Positions 8,990-17,056 are shown, counted from the stretch's first letter. The stretch is 32,000 nt of DNA from Candidatus Electrothrix sp. GW3-4 (GCF_037902255.1 NZ_CP147990.1:1560001-1592000); one strand, 5' to 3'. Numbers and translations: made by a program. Notes: a model not told the origin generated them from the letters alone.

Positions 8990-9182
8990 ATTGTCCTTGC
9001 CCAGAATGCGAAAGAAATGGGCCGTATTGGTGAGAACCGTATAGAGGTCATCGGTTTCATGAACAACAACTGGAGGGTTATTGAGCAGCTGTGCGGTTAA
9101 GGCGTTGAAATGTTCCAGCAGAGATTGGGGACGATTTCCCTTTTTGCTCGCCTCTTTTTTTCAAACTGATTGACGAATGTGC

Positions 9183-9803
9183 TCAGAATCGGGGTGACCT
9201 CCTTGCAACGCGGGCCAGAGATCGTTTTTTCCTCCTGCTGTTGGGGGGAGGGACTACATCTTGTACCTGCTTTTCTTCTCCTGTCGGAAAAGAGGATGTT
9301 ATTGTTGCATGATCAGGCAGCTCTTCTGGGCGGTCGCTTGCAGACTCTTGGTCGGCTGGGAGATCGGGGGGAGTCGAATCATTTGTTTCCGTCTGCGCCA
9401 CCGAGGTTGGTTTGTTATCTGATGCCGTTTGCTCGCTGTTATTGGTTTCCGTTTTTTCCACCACTTCTGCTGGGACTGTCCCCCCAGCTTCAGGGGGTTC
9501 CTCTTGTCCTTTCTCGTTATCCCTCTCTTGTATATCCCCCAACCGGATATCCAGAGGATCCGTTGCTGTTGCAGATGGCGCTGTTGGTAGGGCTGATGGT
9601 ATTGGATTTTGGTCAGGCACAAGGACCATATTCGATTCCTGCCTTTTGGTAACAGGAACAGAGGTTGGAGGGGATGAGGAGGAAACAGGAGAACTCATCT
9701 CATTTTTTGCGGGTTCAGAGGTGAGCACAAACCATGCTCCTGCTGTTGCTGCTGTCAGTGCTATAGATCCGATCGTGAGCGATCGAATAGTTGTTTTATT
9801 CAT
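9183..9803 (-). CDS. Hypothetical low-complexity P/S/T/E-rich protein with an N-terminal signal or anchor helix.
   Basis: ATG 9803 is preceded by a strong RBS (AAGAGGAAGGA). The N-terminus MNKTTIRSLTIGSIALTAATAGAWFVL is hydrophobic. The remainder is acidic and Pro/Ser/Thr-rich, with a basic tail (RRKKRSLARVARRSPRF). Confidence 0.6.
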   Translation of the reverse strand: MNKTTIRSLTIGSIALTAATAGAWFVLTSEPAKNEMSSPVSSSSPPTSVPVTKRQESNMVLVPDQNPIPSALPTAPSATATDPLDIRLGDIQERDNEKGQEEPPEAGGTVPAEVVEKTETNNSEQTASDNKPTSVAQTETNDSTPPDLPADQESASDRPEELPDHATITSSFPTGEEKQVQDVVPPPNSRRKKRSLARVARRSPRF

Positions 9804-10087
9804 ACGTTCCTTCCTCTTGATTTTCTTTTATCGGCTGCAGCGACGATTAACGTCTTCAGGTGGTTATTGGTTGTCATAAACCCGCGAACTATTCTCTGTT
9901 CACTTTTTTTAGGTCTTTTAGTGTTTGAGCGAACAGGTTCGTTTTTTTTCTCATCTCATGAAGGTATCTCTATTTGGACAGAATGCAAGGACAATGATGG
10001 AGGGCGGTCTGAAGCCCTCTGGCTTGCTGGTGAAAATGATTTTTTGGGCTCAATGAGGGCGCTAATCTGCTTTTAACAGTTTTCCCC

Positions 10088-10116
10088 TTGACGCTCACTG
10101 TTGAAAGAGATAAATA
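10088..10116 (+). promoter_or_regulatory. Putative sigma70-type promoter of ppaC.
   Basis: TTGACG (10088-10093), a 17-nt spacer, then TAAATA (10111-10116). The -10 match is weak. Confidence 0.35.
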
Positions 10117-10250
10117 TCACAAACAACTTTTGAGTGCATATTGGAACGTACCGCTGCGCAGCCTGTCCGACAGGGAACGGCTCAATCAAGTACATAAGAA
10201 GATTTTATCTTGCTCTTATTATATTCTAAAATTTCCAGGAGGGAAGTCTT

Positions 10251-11174
10251 ATGGCAGTCTATGTTACAGGTCACAAAAATCCGGATACCGACTCAGTTAC
10301 CGCAGCTATTGCTTATGCAGAGTTGTTGAAAGCTGGTGGTCAAGACGCTATCCCCGCTATGCAGGGAGGCATGAACCCGGAGACGGAAACGGTCCTCAAA
10401 CGCTTTGGGGTAACTGCACCGGAGGTCATGACCGATGCCTCTGGTAAGACTGTGGCTTTGGTTGATCACAGTGACCTGAATCAGGCTCCAGATAACCTCA
10501 GTGCAGATAGCGTTGTTGCTATTGTTGACCATCATAAAATTGGTGATGTGACCACAAATAATCCGATTTTTTGTTGTGTTAAGCCTGTTGGCTGTACCGG
10601 TACTGTTCTCAAGCAGTTGTATGATACTGAAGGTGTTGCTGTTGATCCCAAAGTTGCTGGCTTGATGCTGTCTGCTATTTTGAGTGATACAGTCAATTTC
10701 AAATCTCCGACCTGTACAGATGAGGACAAAAAAGCCGTAGCTGAGCTGAAAGAAATTGCCTCGGTTACAGATACAGATGAGCTGTTCATGGAAATGCTTA
10801 AGGCGAAAAGCTCTGTTGATGGCGTACCTGCTAAGGATCTCCTGAATCGCGATTATAAAGATTTCGACATGAACGGCAATAAGGTAGGCTGTGGTCAGCT
10901 TGAGCTTGCTACCCTGGATCAGGTTGCTGGTATCCGTGATGACCTGTATAAGGCTATGGAAGAGCAGAAAGCAGCTGGCGGTCATCATACCATCCTACTC
11001 ATGCTGACTGACGTTGTGAAAGAGGGAACGGATTTGGTTGTTCTTTCTGATGACCCGTCTCTGGTTGAAGGCGCATTTGATGCCAAGCTGGATGGCAACT
11101 CCATGTGGGTTCCAGGTATGATGAGCCGTAAGAAGCAGACTGTACCCAACATGCAGAAGGCCTTTGGCTGCTAA
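10251..11174 (+). CDS. ppaC: Manganese-dependent inorganic pyrophosphatase, family II (DHH/DHHA2).
   Basis: The product is 307 aa. The N-terminus is VTGHKNPDTDSVTAAIAYA, with DHH in VDHHKIGD. The RBS GGAGGGAAG precedes ATG 10251. Confidence 0.92.
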   Translation: MAVYVTGHKNPDTDSVTAAIAYAELLKAGGQDAIPAMQGGMNPETETVLKRFGVTAPEVMTDASGKTVALVDHSDLNQAPDNLSADSVVAIVDHHKIGDVTTNNPIFCCVKPVGCTGTVLKQLYDTEGVAVDPKVAGLMLSAILSDTVNFKSPTCTDEDKKAVAELKEIASVTDTDELFMEMLKAKSSVDGVPAKDLLNRDYKDFDMNGNKVGCGQLELATLDQVAGIRDDLYKAMEEQKAAGGHHTILLMLTDVVKEGTDLVVLSDDPSLVEGAFDAKLDGNSMWVPGMMSRKKQTVPNMQKAFGC

Positions 11175-11222
11175 TTGAAGCAGCTCAAGAGCGCGAAAAA
11201 CCTTCTGTAAGGTTGTTTGAAA

Positions 11223-11251
11223 AGGATCGGCTTATTGCCGGTCCTTTTTTT
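11223..11251 (+). terminator. Rho-independent terminator after ppaC.
   Basis: aggatcggc (11223-11231) pairs with gccggtcct (11237-11245), 9 bp including one G-U, across a 5-nt loop. A T7 run follows. Confidence 0.7.
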
Positions 11252-11301
11252 ATTTGTACTGTATGTATCCCCCTTTGCCCTTTTGCACAGAGGAAGAGAA
11301 G

Positions 11302-12390
11302 ATGACGGAAACCGTAGTAACCGTAGGGTTGGACGACAGAAGCTATCCCATTCGTATTAGTTCAGGTCTGTTGGCAGAAATTGGATCTGACCTCAAGCAA
11401 AGAAAGATAGGAACAAGGTATGGGGTCATTGCTGATGATACTGTCGCGGAGCTGTACGGCAAGCAGTGTATGCTGTCCTTACAATCCGCTGGTATCCAGG
11501 CTGAGCTTATCACCTTCCCGCATGGGGAAAAAAATAAACATATGGCAACAGTAGCTGCCTTGGCCAGTGAATTAGCGCGGCGTGGTTTTGATCGGAGCGA
11601 CGCTTTGATCGCTCTGGGGGGAGGGGTGACCGGAGATATCACCGGTTTTCTTGCTGCCATATACATGCGCGGCATACCCTTTGTCCAGGTGCCGACCACC
11701 CTTTTGTCCCAGGTAGACAGCTCGGTGGGAGGCAAGACTGGAGTCGATCTTCCAGAGGGGAAAAACCTGGTTGGGGTCTTTTATCAACCCAAGGCTGTTT
11801 ATATTGATATAGATGTGCTGCGTACTCTGCCTCCTGATGAGTTGCAAGGAGGGCTTGCGGAAGTGATCAAATACGGTATTATTCATGATGCAGATTTTTT
11901 TCGTTTTCTTGAAAAGAATCGCGATGCAGTCTTTGGCCTGCAACAGGATGTGGTTACCCGGCTGATCGCCCGTTGCTGCGAGATCAAGGCCTGGGTGGTT
12001 GAGCAGGATGAGCGAGAAGGCGGACTACGCAGGATATTGAATTTCGGTCATACCATCGGGCATGCCGTGGAGGCGGCTTCTGATTTTCAGCTTATCCACG
12101 GGAAGGCCGTGGCCATCGGTATGTGCGCCGCAGCTCAGTTGGCTGTCCAAACAGGTTACTTGTCCGAACAGGATGCTCAGGCGATCCGGGACCTGATTGC
12201 ACGATATGAGCTGCCAGTTTCCATTCCGCCTGAGCTTGATCGGCAAGTAATCAAGAAATATCTGCTGACGGATAAGAAGACAGTTGCTGGGCGCGTCTTT
12301 TATGTCCTCCCTGAGGGCCTTGGTAAGGTTATAATCACCGATCAGGTGGATGAGCATGCTGTCGATGCGGTAATTGCTTGCCCTGGTTAA
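11302..12390 (+). CDS. aroB: 3-dehydroquinate synthase.
   Basis: ATG 11302 is preceded by GAGGAAGAGAAG. MTETVVTVGLDDRSYPIRISSGL resembles the AroB N-terminus. GGGVTGDITGF is the nucleotide-binding loop. The product is 362 aa. Confidence 0.9.
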   Translation: MTETVVTVGLDDRSYPIRISSGLLAEIGSDLKQRKIGTRYGVIADDTVAELYGKQCMLSLQSAGIQAELITFPHGEKNKHMATVAALASELARRGFDRSDALIALGGGVTGDITGFLAAIYMRGIPFVQVPTTLLSQVDSSVGGKTGVDLPEGKNLVGVFYQPKAVYIDIDVLRTLPPDELQGGLAEVIKYGIIHDADFFRFLEKNRDAVFGLQQDVVTRLIARCCEIKAWVVEQDEREGGLRRILNFGHTIGHAVEAASDFQLIHGKAVAIGMCAAAQLAVQTGYLSEQDAQAIRDLIARYELPVSIPPELDRQVIKKYLLTDKKTVAGRVFYVLPEGLGKVIITDQVDEHAVDAVIACPG

Positions 12391-12434
12391 GATAACGTCC
12401 AGGGTATTGCTCAACGAGTTTTCACGGAAAGGAA

Positions 12435-12463
12435 TTGTATATCCATTTTTAGTCTGCTATAAT
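12435..12463 (+). promoter_or_regulatory. Sigma70-type promoter with an extended -10, upstream of the first DUF1566 gene.
   Basis: TTGTAT (12435-12440), a 17-nt spacer ending in TGc, then consensus TATAAT (12458-12463). Confidence 0.5.
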
Positions 12464-12586
12464 ATTAGGTATGTAGAAAAATCTTGCTGAGGTGACAGGG
12501 TAGAAAGCCTCAACAAGGAGAAACGGGCTGGGATCATATTTTGGCACTGGCCCGTTGGACGATTTAATATTTGAGGGGCTGAAAAG

Positions 12587-13363
12587 ATGAAAAAGATAAT
12601 TTTATTGGCAGGCTTGGTTGCCGGGGGGGTTGCCTTGTCGGTAACAGCCTCTGCGAATAATTGGCTGTTGTACCTGCCAGCAATCCTTGCTGGTTCAGGA
12701 GGGGGGACGACACCGCCTCCTGTTACAGAGTCGAATAAATGGTTATTGTTTTTACCTCCTATTCTGGCCGGGAGTCAAGGGGGGCCTGTCATTACAGAGC
12801 CGCTTTTTAATGATACTGGTATCGTTTTGGATAGTGGTGGTGGTGCATGCACAAGTTCTGAGGAAGACTGTAATTACGGCAGGGATGCAACAGTTCCTGA
12901 TCCTACACCGACTGACGGTCATGCTGGGTTTAGTTTTACCAAGCTGGCTGCTAACGGCACTGAATTGACTGCTGATGCAATATCTTGGGTTTGTGTCAAA
13001 GACAACGTGACCGGACTGGTTTGGGAGGCGAAAACGGTCGTTGAAGGGACAAGTGATCAGGAAACATGGGCTAATGCACCGGGTGCTGCCGCTTCATTCT
13101 CTGGATGCGGTGCTTACTCAACTTGTCGTCTGCCCACCGCTAAGGAGCTGTTAGGGATAGTTGCTTTTGGATCATCGCCTGATTACATTGATACAAACTT
13201 TTTTCCGAATAACGTTACCTCTGCCTATTGGACCGGCACGCCAGTTGCTAACGATCCGGGTGTCGATCCTGTAAATGCATGGGTACTTAATTTTGTCATA
13301 CCGTATTTAGACGGTACCAATACTGTTGATAATACGTTTTACGTTCGTGCGGTTTGTGAATGA
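12587..13363 (+). CDS. Secreted DUF1566 (Lcl C-terminal-like) domain protein.
   Basis: The signal peptide is MKKIILLAGLVAGGVALSVTASA. Family-typical strings are LFNDTGIV, CNYGRDA, DGHAGFSFTKL, VTGLVWEAK, CRLPTAKELLGI and YVRAVCE. The RBS is GAGGGG. Confidence 0.75.
   Translation: MKKIILLAGLVAGGVALSVTASANNWLLYLPAILAGSGGGTTPPPVTESNKWLLFLPPILAGSQGGPVITEPLFNDTGIVLDSGGGACTSSEEDCNYGRDATVPDPTPTDGHAGFSFTKLAANGTELTADAISWVCVKDNVTGLVWEAKTVVEGTSDQETWANAPGAAASFSGCGAYSTCRLPTAKELLGIVAFGSSPDYIDTNFFPNNVTSAYWTGTPVANDPGVDPVNAWVLNFVIPYLDGTNTVDNTFYVRAVCE
12656..12802 (+). repeat. Tandem duplicated peptide motif (NxWLL[YF]LP[AP]ILAGSxGG + Pro/Thr linker) in the first DUF1566 protein.
   Basis: Unit 1 is at 12656-12733 (NNWLLYLPAILAGSGGGTTPPPVTES). 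Unit 2 is at 12734-12802 (NKWLLFLPPILAGSQGGPVITEP). The peptide is conserved but codons differ at many synonymous sites. Confidence 0.7.
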
Positions 13364-13596
13364 TACCAAAAAGATAAGCTGAGAGGGCGTTAGCTGTATG
13401 GAAGGCTATATAACCTGCCATGCTAAACACCCCTAAAATGGTGAAGTAAGTAGGTGACCAAAAATAAATTAACATTTTGATGCGCCGATCTGCCTGTAAA
13501 TAGGAGAATCAGCCGAATTGCTTTTGTTAAAATAATTTTGGCCGGGTACTTACGTTTTGAGTTTCGCTTAATGCTTGATCAGTAAGGAGTTATACC

Positions 13597-14082
13597 ATGC
13601 GTTTATTTATTTTAATAGTATCTCTACTTCTCATAGCGACAGGTTCCGCATTTGCGGGATGTGATGATTTTCCAGCATCAACACCAACCAGTCAATTTAC
13701 AGTCGATAGTACAAATAAAACTGTTGTAGACACCAAGACCGGACTTATGTGGAGGCAATGTCTGGAGGGAGACCCTGCTTGTTCGGGAAGTGTGCCAGCC
13801 TATGACTTTACAGGAGCCGTAGGTCGGGTTGCAATTGCCAACAGTGGTAGTTTTGCCGGATTTTCTGACTGGCGTTTGCCAAATATCAAGGAACTGCAAT
13901 CTATCGTGGAAGAACAGTGCAATAACCCTGCAATCAACCTTACCGTTTTTCCCGGTACTCCGGCAACAGCACAGGGGTTGACCAACTCTCCGGGTTACGA
14001 GAAATGGTGGACTATTAATTTTACTACTGGGAGTATGCTTACTGCTTTAAGCGGATATGTACGCCTTGTACGTGATAACTGA
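13597..14082 (+). CDS. Small secreted protein, possibly a lipoprotein, with a DUF1566 domain.
   Basis: The RBS AAGGAG lies 7 nt upstream of the ATG. The signal MRLFILIVSLLLIATGSAFAGC carries a lipobox-like FAGC. Family-typical strings are TGLMWRQC, DWRLPNIKELQSIV and YVRLVR. Confidence 0.75.
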   Translation: MRLFILIVSLLLIATGSAFAGCDDFPASTPTSQFTVDSTNKTVVDTKTGLMWRQCLEGDPACSGSVPAYDFTGAVGRVAIANSGSFAGFSDWRLPNIKELQSIVEEQCNNPAINLTVFPGTPATAQGLTNSPGYEKWWTINFTTGSMLTALSGYVRLVRDN

Positions 14083-14131
14083 ATGCCATGCTGTAAAAGT
14101 TGCCCCCTTTACCTTGTTGAGAAAAGATAAA

Positions 14132-14166
14132 AAATCAGGTATCCTCTCGGGTACCTGATTTTTTTG
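14132..14166 (+). terminator. Rho-independent terminator after the second DUF1566 gene.
   Basis: aaatcaggta (14132-14141) pairs with tacctgattt (14152-14161), a perfect 10 bp. A T-run extends to 14165. Confidence 0.8.
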
Positions 14167-14216
14167 TTTGATTGCGTTATAAAGGAAGCATTCTAATACG
14201 TCACATAGAAAGAACT

Positions 14217-14711
14217 ATGCCGATTTACGAATTTTATTGTCAAGACTGCAATACCATCTTTAATTTCTTGTCTAGCCGAATCAATACCGAAAAACGGCCC
14301 GACTGCCCGAAATGCGGAAAAAAAGAGTTGGACCGTCAGATGTCCCGCTTTGCCGTGATCGGCAAGGCCAGAGAAGAGGATGCTGATGATCCGTTGGCAG
14401 GTCTGGACGAGACCAAGATGGAGCAGGCCTTTGAGGGCCTGATGCGGGAGGCCGAGGGCATCAACGAAGATGACCCCCGCCAGATGGCGCAGCTGATGCG
14501 TAAATTCACTGATAAAACCGGTATCTCTATGGGGGAGCAGATGGAAGAGGCCCTTGCCCGGATGGAGGCTGGTGAGGACCCTGATCAGGTTGAACAGGAA
14601 ATGGGCCAACTCCTGGACGCTGATGATGCCTTTTCGTTGGATGGCCTGAAGAAAAAAATGAACTCTGGTAAGCGTCCCCCGGTCCATGATGAAACCCTGT
14701 ATTCTCTGTAA
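14217..14711 (+). CDS. FmdB-family (CxxC...CxxC) zinc-ribbon protein with a long acidic tail.
   Basis: MPIYEFYCQDCNTIF...CPKCG is the typical FmdB/Zn-ribbon N-terminus. ATG 14217 is chosen over the upstream TTG 14172. The C-terminal half is rich in Asp, Glu and Met. Confidence 0.75.
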   Translation: MPIYEFYCQDCNTIFNFLSSRINTEKRPDCPKCGKKELDRQMSRFAVIGKAREEDADDPLAGLDETKMEQAFEGLMREAEGINEDDPRQMAQLMRKFTDKTGISMGEQMEEALARMEAGEDPDQVEQEMGQLLDADDAFSLDGLKKKMNSGKRPPVHDETLYSL

Positions 14712-14745
14712 GCTGCTTCTTTCTTTTAAGCTGCTTCTTTCTTTT
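14710..14745 (+). repeat. Perfect 18-bp tandem duplication that begins inside the stop codon of the FmdB-like gene.
   Basis: aagctgcttctttctttt occurs at 14710-14727 and again at 14728-14745, followed by a partial third copy (aag). Confidence 0.9.
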
Positions 14746-14857
14746 AAGAAGATTCATTTAAGAAGAGAGAATGAGCACGGTAGAACAAGGGAATGGATAT
14801 TGGGCGAACCGTAATGGATCGTGGTTAAAAATACGCGAATTTTTGTTTTAAACGGAG

Positions 14858-16018
14858 ATGATTGTGGGGACGGATAACGTCGTTTTTCTTGAAGCGCTGG
14901 AGTGGTTTGATGAAACGGGCCAGGAGCTGTTGCATCGGTTACCAGAGTCCGGTTCCGGGGAGATTAAATACGGTGCCCAGCTAACGGTGCGGGAGAGTCA
15001 GGCCGCAGTGATGTACTATAAGGGTCGGGCAGGAGATGCCTTCGGCCCAGGACGTCATACCCTGAAGACCGGTAATATCCCCATTATCACCAAGATACTC
15101 TCCGTACCTTGGGCAGGGACGAGTCCCCTGCGGGCTGAGGTCTATTTTGTCAATCTCAAGGTCTTTCCTAACCTGAAATGGGGCACTCGTGATCCTGTGG
15201 CCTTTCGCGATGCCGAATTGGGCTTTGTCCGCCTTCGGGCACATGGGGTCTTTAATATTCGTATTGTCCAGCCTGTCCTCTTCATCAATACCCTGGCCGG
15301 GACCATGGGGAAATATAGCACGGAGCAGATTGAGGATTATCTGCGGCGGGTTATTGTCTCCCGACTCAACGATTATCTTGGCGAGACCCTGGATACCCTG
15401 TTTAATCTGCCTGCCCAGTTTGATGAGCTGGCAGTCGGGTTAAAGAAACGGCTCGATAAGGACTTTATTCGTTTTGGACTGGCTCTGGATGAACTGTATA
15501 TCTCCTCTATTACGCCGCCGGAAGAAGTACAAACAGCCATTGATGACCGCAGCCGCATGGGAGCGATCAAGGATATGGATGGCTTTGTTCGTATGAAGGC
15601 CGGAATGGCTATGGAAAAAGCAGCCTTGGCCGGTAACGAGGCTGGAGCCGGGCTCGGTTTGGGGATGGGGATGATGATGCCAGCCATGTTCGCCAATGCT
15701 GCTCATACTGCCAACCCTGCCGATACGCGACAGCAGGGAGGCGGACAAGCACCGCCAGCCGTACCGACAACGCAATGCTCGGATTGCACCAATACCATAC
15801 CTACTGACGCCCGTTTTTGTCCGTTTTGCGGTCATCAGCAGGTTGTTCTGCTGCAATGCAGCAATTGCGGTAAAAATTTGGCGGTCGGAGCAAAGTTCTG
15901 TTCACGTTGTGGCCATCCCACAGATGAGAAGCCTGCGGCCTGCATCTGTTCCAATTGCCAGAATGAAAATCTTCCCGGCGCAAAGTTTTGCGATAATTGC
16001 GGTCAGCGGATCAGCTAA
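14858..16018 (+). CDS. SPFH/Band-7 family protein with three C-terminal zinc ribbons.
   Basis: The N-terminal 250 aa or so (EALEWFDETGQELLHRLPESGSGEIKYGAQLTVRESQ...) matches my recollection of the SPFH 'Band_7_1' type. A Gly/Met/Ala-rich linker follows. Then come 3x CxxC-x10-12-CxxCG (15776-16015). Confidence 0.8.
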   Translation: MIVGTDNVVFLEALEWFDETGQELLHRLPESGSGEIKYGAQLTVRESQAAVMYYKGRAGDAFGPGRHTLKTGNIPIITKILSVPWAGTSPLRAEVYFVNLKVFPNLKWGTRDPVAFRDAELGFVRLRAHGVFNIRIVQPVLFINTLAGTMGKYSTEQIEDYLRRVIVSRLNDYLGETLDTLFNLPAQFDELAVGLKKRLDKDFIRFGLALDELYISSITPPEEVQTAIDDRSRMGAIKDMDGFVRMKAGMAMEKAALAGNEAGAGLGLGMGMMMPAMFANAAHTANPADTRQQGGGQAPPAVPTTQCSDCTNTIPTDARFCPFCGHQQVVLLQCSNCGKNLAVGAKFCSRCGHPTDEKPAACICSNCQNENLPGAKFCDNCGQRIS

Positions 16019-16032
16019 GAGCATTACGCTGC

Positions 16033-16833
16033 TCAGCGGATGATTTTTTTCGGGGCATGAAGGCCAGATGCAGCGGTGGTATTAGGCATGAGGATGCCCT
16101 CCGCTCCTATGAGTGTGCCTGGGTTGGTGACCGAGTTGCACCCCGTCTGTGCCCGATCTCCGAGGATGGCTCCAAATTTGCGCAGGCCGGTATCAAGAAG
16201 CCCCTTATCTGTTCTGACTTGTACGTTGCCGGGGAGAAAGCGTAGGTTGGCGAATTTTGTTCCGGCCCCGAGATTCGCTTCGTTTCCCAGGATCGAATCC
16301 CCGAGATAGGCAAAATGACCGGCCTTGGCATCATTCAGGAAGATGGAGTGCTTCACCTCTGTGGCGTGACCGATCACACAGCGCTTACCGGTGAGACAGT
16401 ATCCGCGTAAGTAGGCTCCTTGGCGTATCTCCGTATAGTCTCCGATAACAGCTGGCCCCTTGATCAGGGCGCCAGATTCGATCAAAACACCCTTGCCCAA
16501 CTGAATTTCCTGTCCCAGGATAACTGCTCCGGCCATGATAACAGAGGCCCCTGGAAGTAACTGACCATCACGCATGACGGAGAGTTTTCCCTTGCCCACA
16601 TCATTCCAGGAAAAAGTGCATCCGTCTCCGCATTGCAGGCTGTTCTGATAATACAGGAGGTGGTTTTTCAAAGGAATGCCGTCCTGTAATTTCTCGTGCT
16701 TGAACGAACTGTAGTCAAGGCTGTTTATATAGGGCTTCAGGTTGGCTAAGGCCTTCCAGACATGGTCTGTCCCCTGAAAAATTTTTCTGTGGCTGAATTC
16801 GCTCAAGTCGAAAAATGATGCAGCTTCAAGCAT
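16033..16833 (-). CDS. Left-handed beta-helix (hexapeptide-repeat) transferase, similar to the GlmU C-terminal domain.
   Basis: Hexapeptide-like periodicity is visible in IGDYTEIRQGAYLRGYCLTGKRCVIGHATEVKHSIFLNDAKAGHFAYLGDSILGNEANLGAGT. ATG 16833 has an AGGAG RBS. The ORF-track start at 16854 lacks one. Confidence 0.7.
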   Translation of the reverse strand: MLEAASFFDLSEFSHRKIFQGTDHVWKALANLKPYINSLDYSSFKHEKLQDGIPLKNHLLYYQNSLQCGDGCTFSWNDVGKGKLSVMRDGQLLPGASVIMAGAVILGQEIQLGKGVLIESGALIKGPAVIGDYTEIRQGAYLRGYCLTGKRCVIGHATEVKHSIFLNDAKAGHFAYLGDSILGNEANLGAGTKFANLRFLPGNVQVRTDKGLLDTGLRKFGAILGDRAQTGCNSVTNPGTLIGAEGILMPNTTAASGLHAPKKIIR

Positions 16834-17027
16834 TGTTGCTCCTGTGGTTTTCATAAATAAAAAAGAAATGATATGGGGAAGGAGATGGGACGAAGGCTGA
16901 GGTCACCTTCTTTCTCTTTCTCTTGAGATTTAAAAAAAAGTATTCGGCTTCCTCTTGTAACCATTTCAAAGAAGGGAAAGACGGTGTAAGATTATCGTGT
17001 TTTTCGCATGGAGTTGTCATACCTCCC

Positions 17028-17056
17028 TTGACTTACTATAAGGTTATGTTTAGTTT
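17028..17056 (+). promoter_or_regulatory. Possible promoter of lon.
   Basis: TTGACT (17028-17033), a 17-nt spacer, then TAGTTT (17051-17056). The -10 is poor. Confidence 0.25.

Noticed and set aside
8818-9069. An 83-aa minus-strand ORF as the real gene in the 8990-9160 region.
   Set aside because: Its translation is Arg/Ser/Phe-rich and looks like junk, and it overlaps the better-looking frame of the 8582..8989 ORF.
9867-10447. Small plus-strand ORFs (69 aa at 9867..10076 and 119 aa at 10088..10447) in the divergent intergenic region before ppaC.
   Set aside because: They begin with alternative start codons and have no RBS. The second runs out of frame into ppaC and overlaps its promoter and leader. 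Their composition is not protein-like.
12587-14082. A diversity-generating retroelement targeting the DUF1566 genes.
   Set aside because: No reverse-transcriptase ORF lies in the window. No template or variable repeat pair with adenine-specific differences is visible between the two gene 3' ends or the 13364-13596 spacer. The idea survives only as a genome-wide check.
12400-14200. The DUF1566 region as an AT-rich horizontally acquired island.
   Set aside because: Spot counts of individual 60-nt lines gave 53-55% GC inside the first gene, 38-43% in the second, and about 30% only in the spacer. This is too heterogeneous and too thinly sampled to support an island call without a proper sliding-window analysis.
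16826-17020. A 64-aa minus-strand ORF upstream of, and overlapping, the start of the hexapeptide-repeat gene.
   Set aside because: A GGGAGG lies only about 1 nt from its ATG, which is too close for a functional SD. It has no recognisable motif and overlaps the lon promoter region. A leader peptide is possible but unsupported.
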